A DNA stretch of 64,000 nt from Styela clava (lineage: Eukaryota): assembly GCF_964204865.1 (NCBI RefSeq), contig NC_135264.1, positions 13,144,001-13,208,000 on the forward strand. Reading direction: 5' to 3'. A model generated the notes under the pieces. It searched no databases. It saw nothing but the letters and a program-made list of their open reading frames with translations, and had not been told where the DNA came from. Position 1 is the stretch's first letter, and each line of letters begins with the position of its first letter. This document shows, piece after piece, positions 51,617 through 61,499 of this stretch. The position numbers and the translations under genes were made by a program.

Positions 51617-54600
51617 TATAGCCCTGGAGTATAGCATAAAAAGATTTAGGACTATTACTTCAAAGTTGCTATTATTTATAATAAAGATCGAGTTAAGTTC
51701 TAATTTATGCAGAGCGATTGTTCAAAACTTACGGAGAGGTAAAACCTATTTTAATGTTATAGGTTGCATCGACATGACTACTTGAAATATCGTTTCCAAT
51801 ATCAGATACTGGTGTTTACTGGTGTTTTATGCACCAGCCCATATCTTATTGTTTCATTGCCTCTTGTGGGCTCCAGTAACTAAGTTTAATTGGCAGATTT
51901 GACACGAAAGATAGTAACTAGCAGAGGTGTAACAGTCTTTACGAGAGTTGTTGGTTATAGCAGAAATATTTGTAAATTTAGAAGCGACAATTTCTTTCAT
52001 CACACCAAGGTATTGTTTCTATTTCTTCATAGAATCTGTAATGAATCGAATATTAGTTGGATAACAAGGTTGCCAATTACGTATAGATGTATATATACTT
52101 TAGGGCAGTGGTTCTGAAACGGTTGGGGGGAGGGGGGAAGTATTTGTAACATTTGACCTCGTCCGCCAAAATACGGATACACAAAATAATAAAAACGTCT
52201 GGTGGGGATAAAATATCGTACTTTGACATACATTCGGGTAATGATGAACCCTGAAACTAAATAAAACTCAAGATACAAAGTAGGGCCCTCATGAATTTCA
52301 AGTACCAAACTGGAGGTAACTATTTTTGTTTGCCTACTTTACATCAAGTTGTGTAAAGGGACGAAGCCTATAGGCAGGGGGCATATTCACTTGGCTAACA
52401 ATGACAGTCCCCAAATTTGTAATAAAATCAAAACAAGAAAATCGCAATGAAATTATGGTTCTAACCTGGTACGCATACTCGGGGAGTACCTAAAGCGGAC
52501 CCATAGATCACATGGCTGTAAAGAAAACAGATTCCCTGAAGCAAATTTTTTTGACATTTTTAGTGGCTAAAAACTTGTTGCTGTCGCTAGCAGGCTACTA
52601 CTAATATTCAAAAACATTTGTGGAATCTATGTAATTCATTATTCACTTCACTTGGTGTAATGTCATCAAGATAATAACTTGCTTGCGTGGTTCCCTGATC
52701 ACATCCCAAGTGATCTTGTAATCGTGAAAAACATACTAACGTTACTTCGTTTGCCTTCGCGTCCCAATATTTAGCTTAGCAGGACCACGGACTCATTAAA
52801 TTGAATAAAGTGTAAAACGCCGTAAAAGGAATAGGACCCACCAAATGGAAATATCTGTTGCAAGTGATTATTCAGTTGACAAGATTTCCTCGATCAACAT
52901 ATTGCAGTTTCAAGATACCTGAATATAAAAATAAAAACGAACTTGTATTTCATAGGCATTTACCTCTAACAATAGAATGGTTGTGAATTATATTATATAA
53001 CTGATCAAAAGTGAAGACAAAAGACGTACCTTTATATTCAATGCAGTGGTCTCAAAACCACGTTATTACGTTTTCATTCATTTCTCTTTTCTCTTTCCGG
53101 CCCTGTAATTAGATTAGAGATGTAAACCTAAATAAATGATTTTTGATTGTTCAGCGTTCAAAAGCATCCAGTTTACCGAATCGCCATTTATATACATGCA
53201 AACGCACGACAGGCTACAAATCTCGAGGAAGGTTTGGTTGTTTCAGCGTTTGGGAAACAGTATGTGAGAGAAGACCGAATATATATCATACGATGACAGT
53301 AGAAACTTAGCCGTAAATTAATGTCGAATAGAATATTAGCGTATAAAAATTTACCTTGCCGTCCATATAAACTTCAATCGTCACACGGCCATCCATGGCC
53401 ACAATATCAACGTCGTGCTTTCATCCCACCTTCTACAGGCGTGTAATTACAATTAAAGACTTTTCAAGTTTATCAACAAAAATAATTTTAATGGTTGATA
53501 AGGAAAAGGAAATGCGGAGGTGATGGGAGAATAAAATTTTAACTTAACTACAGTCAAAAATACCAATCTGAATCTACTTACTTACTGATCTCGAGTCAAC
53601 GCTCCTCTAACCGCATTTTCTCCAGTAGTTTACGATGCCAACATTCTCAGCTTGTTTATATACCGAGTCATAGTTTGCATGAATACGATCGAAAGCATAA
53701 TACTTAGCTAAGTTACATTATATAGACTAAAACTAAAGTACAACGAGCTGAAAGAAATTACAGAGTGATTAGTATTGGCAGTGTTTATCACAGCGAGGAG
53801 TGTAATGTAGGACTACAAAAATGTAGTTAATCAGGATTCTAGTATGAAGAAATTTACGAAGAGACAATACGGTGCCAGACAGAATCGGAACACATTGTTC
53901 GATGCCAACCATCTATCATGCAGAAGTATCGTGTACCACACTGGTACCCTAAAATAATTAACGGAATGGAACGCGGAATATAACAGACTTCTGTTGATGG
54001 CATCTTTGAAAATACTTGCGCCGTGACGCACCGAGAAAACGGCGCACCGAGAAAGCAGTTTTGAGAAGCCTGATTAAAAATTAGTTCATCGTTATAGAAT
54101 TGAAGAAAGTTTTCAAACAAAAATATAACCTGTGAAATAGCCCGAAAATTTGTGCCAAATTCGATGTTCATCGACGTCTTTCATCCAGTCGTATTTGGCA
54201 TATTGGAAATCTATTCAAAATGTAAATTTGGATTCACCTGCAGCAAGGGTACGCTGTTCCACGCGTGAGCCAGTACAATGAAAACTCCGTGTATGTATGC
54301 ATTTAGAGTTCTGTTTTAAGGAATATGTATATGAGATGACAATACGACACTGACGAAATCATAACACTTGGCCAAGTTTGTATATTATACTATAGCCAAA
54401 ATGTATATTATACTATATTAGCCTACGCTCATGCACTTATGGCTCGAAGCAAATTAACAGTTCACCTTAATAATCCGTGGTGGCGTCCCCTGTGTGTCCT
54501 CGATTCAAGAATTAGATACCAACCGTTATATTAAGGTAATGGTATAGCATACCTGAATATGTTTAACTTTGGCTGGTAATGGAGACACCATCCGTTTTCG

Positions 54601-54739
54601 TTTACTCCAACAACTCCGGTATTTGAAGTCTCATTTTCGTTACGTAGATATTTGAACCAATAAATTAAAGCCTAAGTTTAGCCTAACTGCAATAGTAAAA
54701 CTTAAAGAATTAGAAATAAGCTGCAAGAAAAATTTTTTT
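50214..54739. repeat. Inverted duplication A: 50214-51616 = reverse complement of 53337-54739
   Basis: Identical ORFs on opposite strands; coordinate sum is constant at 104953; one substitution seen (51283/53670). Confidence 0.97.
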
Positions 54740-56296
54740 ATAAAGAAAAAGCAATAACACAGACTAACAAAAAATAAACTGAAATACTTTTGAATGAAAA
54801 AACGCTTTTTTGTCTACGGTATACGAGTGGCCATACTTTGGACAAATGTTAGCAGTTCACAAATTATTGCATTCAATTTAAATGAGGCAGTTTGGGCAAA
54901 GTATTTCATAAAATTTATACAATTTGGATTGGGAGCAAATCACTTTATATATCAGTTGAACAAAGCAGGGCTGTGGAATCTGGGAAATTTACCTCATACT
55001 GTGCCGGTCCCTTTAAAAAAGACTCTTTGCTCACAAATGACTACTTCTTTAAGGACTCTTATCCGGCCCCCAACTGTCGGTTAAAAAATGTCGACTCTTA
55101 CTACACTTTATTCAATTTAATGAGTCCGTGGTCCTGCTAAGCTAAATATTGGGACGCGAAGGCAAACGAAGTAACGTTAGTATGTTTTTCACGATTACAA
55201 GATCACTTGGGATGTGATCAGGGAACCACGCAAGCAAGTTATTATCTTGATGACATTACACCAAGTGAAGTGAATAATGAATTACATAGATTCCACAAAT
55301 GTTTTTGAATATTAGTAGTAGCCTGCTAGCGACAGCAACAAGTTTTTAGCCACTAAAAATGTCAAAAAAATTTGCTTCAGGGAATCTGTTTTCTTTACAG
55401 CCATGTGATCTATGGGTCCGCTTTAGGTACTCCCCGAGTATGCGTACCAGGTTAGAACCATAATTTCATTGCGATTTTCTTGTTTTGATTTTATTACAAA
55501 TTTGGGGACTGTCATTGTTAGCCAAGTGAATATGCCCACTGCCTATAGGCTTCGTCCCTTTACACAACTTGATGTAAAGTAGGCAAACAAAAATAGTTAC
55601 CTCCAGTTTGGTACTTGAAATTCATGAGGGCCCTACTTTGTATCTTGAGTTTTATTTAGTTTCAGGGTTCATCATTACCCGAATGTATGTCAAAGTACGA
55701 TATTTTATCCCCACCAGACGTTTTTATTATTTTGTGTATCCGTATTTTGGCGGACGAGGTCAAATGTTACAAATACTTCCCCCCTCCCCCCAACCGTTTC
55801 AGAACCACTGCCCTAAAGTATATATACATCTATACGTAATTGGCAACCTTGTTATCCAACTAATATTCGATTCATTACAGATTCTATGAAGAAATAGAAA
55901 CAATACCTTGGTGTGATGAAAGAAATTGTCGCTTCTAAATTTACAAATATTTCTGCTATAACCAACAACTCTCGTAAAGACTGTTACACCTCTGCTAGTT
56001 ACTATCTTTCGTGTCAAATCTGCCAATTAAACTTAGTTACTGGAGCCCACAAGAGGCAATGAAACAATAAGATATGGGCTGGTGCATAAAACACCAGTAA
56101 ACACCAGTATCTGATATTGGAAACGATATTTCAAGTAGTCATGTCGATGCAACCTATAACATTAAAATAGGTTTTACCTCTCCGTAAGTTTTGAACAATC
56201 GCTCTGCATAAATTAGAACTTAACTCGATCTTTATTATAAATAATAGCAACTTTGAAGTAATAGTCCTAAATCTTTTTATGCTATACTCCAGGGCT
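51620..56296. repeat. Inverted duplication B: 51620-52814 = reverse complement of 55102-56296
   Basis: Identical ORFs on opposite strands; coordinate sum 107916; one substitution seen near 52377/55539. Confidence 0.97.
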
Positions 56297-57388
56297 CCTC
56301 AACTATTTTTACCGAAGATCCGCATATAAAATTCAAAAATATTTGGGTCCAGTCTTTCCAGAAATTATATTTCGTTATCCTTAAACACGCACTTTCTCGG
56401 TCAACTAATGATTATTAGCTAATCAAGATTGTTTGTTATAGCCTTATAGTTCTTTTCATATATATTTAAATCTATAAAATTGATGTTAGAAAAGGAAACT
56501 TCAAAAGTGGGGCTAATGATCCAAAATAAAGAATTAGGCGCGGTCCTAATCGAATACCCGGAAGGTCCGGATGCGGATCGCGGCCCGTTAGTTGAGTAGC
56601 TCTGCTATACTCTATGCCCAACATATGTAAACTACGGCCCGTGGGCCAAATCCGGCCTATTGAGGTGATTCAATCTGGACCGCCTGATGCTGCCCCAACC
56701 AAACTAAAACCGAAATTCGATTTTTTAGTTGAAAATAATTCATAGGAATTTGTTGGGAATGCGAATAAAAGACTTATTTTCCACTTTTGCTTTTGTAACA
56801 CTGTGAATATTGTTCCTAAAATGTAACTTTTTCACGTCACACTTACATGGCCAGCAGGTCTAGGTGGGCACAATTGACTATAACCTGTCCTAGTTTAAAA
56901 AAAAAAAAACTTTCTCACCTCTGCGCTATGCAGTCGTGATTGATAGTGGAATTGGTGCCGGAGTCTATCACAGAATCTCGAGACTTGAATGCTCAATTAA
57001 ATGATAGTAAGAGTTGATGGCTGTAGTAAGAGTCGACATTTTTTAACCGACAGTTGGGGGCCGGATAAGAGTCCTTAAAGAAGTAGTCATTTGTGAGCAA
57101 AGAATCTTTTTTAAAGGGACCGGCACAGTATGAGGTAAATTTCCCAGATTCCACAGCCCTGCTTTGTTCAACTGATATATAACGTGATTTGCTCCCAATC
57201 CAAATTGTATAAATTTTATGAAATACTTTGCCCAAACTGCCTCATTTAAATTGAATGCAATAATTTGTGAACTGCTAACATTTGTCCAAAGTATGGCCAC
57301 TCGTATACCGTAGACAAAAAAGCGTTTTTTCATTCAAAAGTATTTCAGTTTATTTTTTGTTAGTCTGTGTTATTGCTTTTTCTTTATA
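54739..57388. repeat. Inverted duplication C: 54739-55105 = reverse complement of 57022-57388
   Basis: Near-identical ORFs (two differences: F/V, T/I); coordinate sum 112127. Confidence 0.97.
56290..56604. mobile_element. hAT MITE
   Basis: TIR cagggctcctcaacta / tagttgagtagctctg; TSD ctatactc. Confidence 0.88.
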
Positions 57389-57994
57389 TATTTTATATTT
57401 TTATATCGTTAATTTTTGTGTAATTGCATTTATTATGATACTGAATTTTTCAATTTTAACTCTTGCTTAAGCAATAAAATATTTTTAAAATCATATCTTG
57501 AGTCTTGTTGTAGTTAGGTTAATTAGGAACAGACTGAATAAAGTACGGGGGCTGAAGGGCAGGGTGAGCTGAAGCGGGCACGGGCGGGCCGGGCTGCCCG
57601 GGCGCGCGGCCCGAAAAATTCTGGAAAATTATCTTCGGCCAACGATAAATTATTATGTTTGGCCTTGTATGGCCCGGTAATAATGATCGAAGTTTTGGTA
57701 AAATTTATCTTTGGCCACACTTGGCCATAGATAAATAAAATTCTGCTAAATTATTATCTTCGGTCACGCTTGATCGACGATAATTTTTCAGATTTTCAAT
57801 GTTTTGAGGGTTAGACCTTGGATTTTTGTCGATTTCTCCTTTTTCATCGGATATTTGATATTTTTAACGGTTAGATCTTCGAACTTAGTCCGATTTCTGC
57901 TGTTTTCATCGGATATTTGGTGTCTTACATCCTTTTCTGACGTCGTCTTTATTCTTTTATTCGGTTATTTACGGATTTCGATTTAGAATTATTT

Positions 57995-58073
57995 TAAAAG
58001 TATGTATTGGAATCGAACTTAGGACTTGAGCTTAACTTGATATGCGATTTGCGCTCAACCACTACACCACAGC
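57995..58073 (-). ncRNA. tRNA-like Pol III cassette (A box, B box, T-run) in the left palindrome arm
   Basis: Minus strand: gctgTGGTGTAGTGGttgagcgc...GTTCGATTCCaatacatacTTTT; no complete cloverleaf. Confidence 0.4.
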
Positions 58074-58205
58074 AATGTCGATTCCTAAATGTTTCAACTC
58101 TAATACTTATCTATCAAAAGGTGTGGGCACGAATACTCCGGAATGAGGTTGATTACCCCCTTTGATAGATAAGTATTAGGGTTAAAACGTTTAGAAATCA
58201 ACATT

Positions 58206-58277
58206 GCTGTGGTCTAGTGGTTAAGCGCATTTCAAGCTATACTTATGTCTTAAGTTCGAATCCGTTGAAGTCTTTTT
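58206..58277 (+). ncRNA. tRNA-like Pol III cassette (A box, B box, T-run) in the right palindrome arm
   Basis: gctgTGGTCTAGTGGttaagcgc...GTTCGAATCCgttgaagtcTTTTT; no complete cloverleaf. Confidence 0.4.
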
Positions 58278-59176
58278 AGATAAACAGAAATATCGAAATC
58301 CGTAAATAAAAGTATGACACCAATTATTCGATGAAAACAGCAGAAAAGGACAAAATTCTAATGTCTAATCCTTGAAAATAACAAATATCCGATGAAAATG
58401 GCGAAATCGATAAAAATCCAAGGTCTAACCCTTAAAAAATTGAAAATCTGAGTAATTATCATCGATCAAGCGTGGCCAAAGATATTTATTTCGCAAAATT
58501 TTATTTATCTATGGCCAAGTGTGGCCAAAGATAAATTTCCCCAAAATTTGCGATATTATCTCTGGGCCATACATGTCCGAACATAATAATTCATCTTCGG
58601 CCGAGGATGATATTTCAGAATTTTCTGGGCGGCGCGCCCGCGGGCCCCGGCAGCCCGCACCGCCGCGCTCGCTCCAGCCCGCACCCTGGCCTGCCTGCCC
58701 TTGGGTCTGATTAGTTTAGTTTCTGCCTGTCAAACCTATACTCGCTGTAAGATTCAGGAATCATTTAAAATATTTTTATTACTCCGAGAACAAGTTACAG
58801 AAAAGAAATAAAAAATAAAAACACAAATCAAGTTCAAGATCACCAGAAAAACATCTCAATTTTGGCAAAAATTGATACAAATAATAAGTTGGAAAGGTCA
58901 TACATAACATATAGAGCATAATGAATTTATGATTTACCTATTCACAAAACATTGTCGTTAAAATAAGGGTTGACAATACAGTATTGGAAAAACACAGCAA
59001 AAATTATATTTAAAAAAGAATTGGTATTATTTATTTACATAATTGCAATAATGATAAAATTTTATTTTTACGAGATACAACGGGACATAACCGGGTCCGA
59101 TTAAAGTCTCCGACTAATAAATCGACTCCGCACTCAACTTTGATAACTTACAAGCGTTTAATCAATTTCAATTAAA

Positions 59177-59411
59177 GGTGCTCCCGAAGTATGCGAACCA
59201 AGATGGCGGACATCGGAACGTAACATGGGTAATAGGTTAGGGTTAGGCGATAATTTTTTTCCAATTTTCCTTATTTTAGTTTTATTATCAGTTCGACGAC
59301 TAGCCAAGAGCCTCCCGTAGTATTTATACCTAAAATTATGGCCTAACCCTAACCTAGTACACATATTACATTCCGATGTCCGCCATCTTGGTTCGCATAC
59401 TTGGGAGCCCC
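59177..59411. mobile_element. Complete Merlin-like MITE with long TIRs containing telomere-like and YY1-like motifs
   Basis: ggtgctcccgaagtatgcgaaccaagatggcggacatcggaa...ggttagggttagg / cctaaccctaacc...ttccgatgtccgccatcttggttcgcatacttgggagcccc; TSD caattaaa. Confidence 0.88.
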
Positions 59412-61499
59412 CAATTAAATATATATTTAAGATTAGTCAACTTGGGTTCTTTTTAGTTTTAAAATTTTAACCCCGGTTCCGAATTCAAAATCTATAAGAA
59501 TGTGTGGGTACCACAGCGCGGATTTAACTCCATTAGCATCTGAAGAGCATTGCTTTACATTTATTAAAATTCACACGGAGCTATTCACGAGGGATCATCA
59601 ATATATATGGCTATCTTTGGGATCTGTTAGAAAACGTTATTTATATAAATCATATGCAAATGCTTCACGTTGATCAGTATTTACTGACGGTTATGGAACT
59701 TATTACTAATTTATACAGATAAAGTACCTCTCGTCATTTCTGAGACAGCTTCTACTCTGAGATGAATCTTGGTTTTGAGTGATAAATTTAAATATTGGCC
59801 CAGCGAATACTGTCTGCTACTATGGAAGATTCGATACTGTCTGCTAGGGTTATGAATAAGTATTTTAAACATTAATTCAAAATAATTCAATTTTCAACAG
59901 GGTAGCAGCGTTTTTGCCACCTTTTCCGGTAAATGTCAATGCAGTTCTTAGTTCTTGAAACTAAAGATTCTCCGCGTATCAGTATAAGAATATAGCTATG
60001 TTGCATGATACTGGAATGGTTCACGCAAAATCACTCAGTTCAGTTTGCAGTTTCGAAGTTCGAAGAAATTTTTCTTCCATGATCAAGGTTTTTCTTTGTT
60101 GATATCTAAAATGAATTGGGGATTAGTTCGACACGTGATGAAAACTTGCACATTGTGTATATGAGAGCCGTCAAAACTGGGGATCCCTTCTCCTGTGCTA
60201 TGGGCCTCGAGAGGGATCAAACGGGGGTAGCGGTGAAACATGTCTGGGTATCGATTACGTTGAAGAAAAATATAAATTGAATGATGTGGAAGGTTCGTGC
60301 GTGCGACGTGTTACATTTTATGAACAATATTTACAGTGTTACAAAATGAAAGCCTCGTGCCCAAACTAAATATAAACGCGATCTTAACAAATTCCTTGAG
60401 ATATACAGCGAATCTTATTGCGGCATTTTTCCATGATGATAAATTACAACTCCGAAAGCAAGCAAGTTATGGAAGGAATGAGAAAAGTACAAATTGTAAT
60501 AAAAAATGATCCAACATTTGGTTTTGCATTGATTGTGGCAGCACCAGGCGGGCCAGATTAAAGTACTCAAAGTGACGTAATTGGCCCGCGGGCGCCGTAG
60601 TTTGACCATGTCATGTTTACGTTCCACTACGACCACGAGATGCGGTTTTTCGCAAGCTTTAATTGTTATGATTAAACTTACTTTCAGTAATGCAGCTCCA
60701 TGTGTCACAAACGCAGCTCAGTTATGTTCAAAGTCAGTGATATTTCTTCTTTTAGTTTATTATTTCTGAAACGAAATAAATTAGTTTTAGTCGACATATT
60801 TGAAAGCGGTGTTACAAAATACTAAAAATAAAACAAAAATACCATAAATTTTTATAGGAGTACCGAGAGCGTTATTAAAAAGCTATTTTAGACATATATA
60901 GTAGCAAACTATCTAATTATGGTGTACCAACGGAACACATTACGCTCAACCAACTACACCACAGTCACTGAAGCGGTCAGTTGTCCATTATTAAAATACG
61001 GCCATCCTGCAATCATTTTTCTCTCGAATTCGTAACAAGTCAATCAATATACCATTATAAATTTTACTCATTGCCATTTCATCGGAAGCTTATGGATATT
61101 TTTAAAAGAGACACCTTGAAATGGAAACTCAAATTTGATGGATTTGCGAGATCGCAAAAAATCCGATTAGTAGAGATTTCTGAGCAGTAGGTCTTTCATT
61201 TTGCCGCAACTCCTGAAACATTTTGAATGCTCGTATCCAAAATGTATTCATCCCAGAGTGGAGTAATCGCGGCAATTACTTGTGTGATACGGCAATACTC
61301 TAACCCCTCTTAAATTCATGGTGGCGTCCATAGGATCACTTATTCAAATGTTGAAATCCGGAGATACATTTCTGATTTCGATGTAAATTAGTGAATTAGA
61401 TTTATTGTAGTAAAATGAAGCATACCCAGTGCAAATATGTTCGTGATAAGTGATCACGTGTTTCTTCAATCTCGCTTGTGGCATTCTTGATAGGCCTAA

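Larger units (their letters stand above)
57460..58795. repeat. ~1.3-kb imperfect palindrome (arms ~650 bp, ~36-bp spacer near 58122-58157) with GC-rich blocks near the outer ends
   Basis: ctaatacttatctatcaaa.gg / cc.tttgatagataagtattag at the centre; gccacacttggccatagataaataaaatt is mirrored at 57714 and 58497; MWPKINF ORFs occur on both strands; GC-rich blocks at 57545-57615 and 58625-58705. Confidence 0.92.

Noticed and set aside
50782-57333. Pairs of identical short ORFs suggesting a duplicated gene family
   Set aside because: Identity is explained by the recent inverted duplication; the ORFs overlap in several frames and have no recognisable domains.
57995-58277. Functional tRNA genes
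   Set aside because: A and B boxes are present but no acceptor or anticodon stems can be formed.
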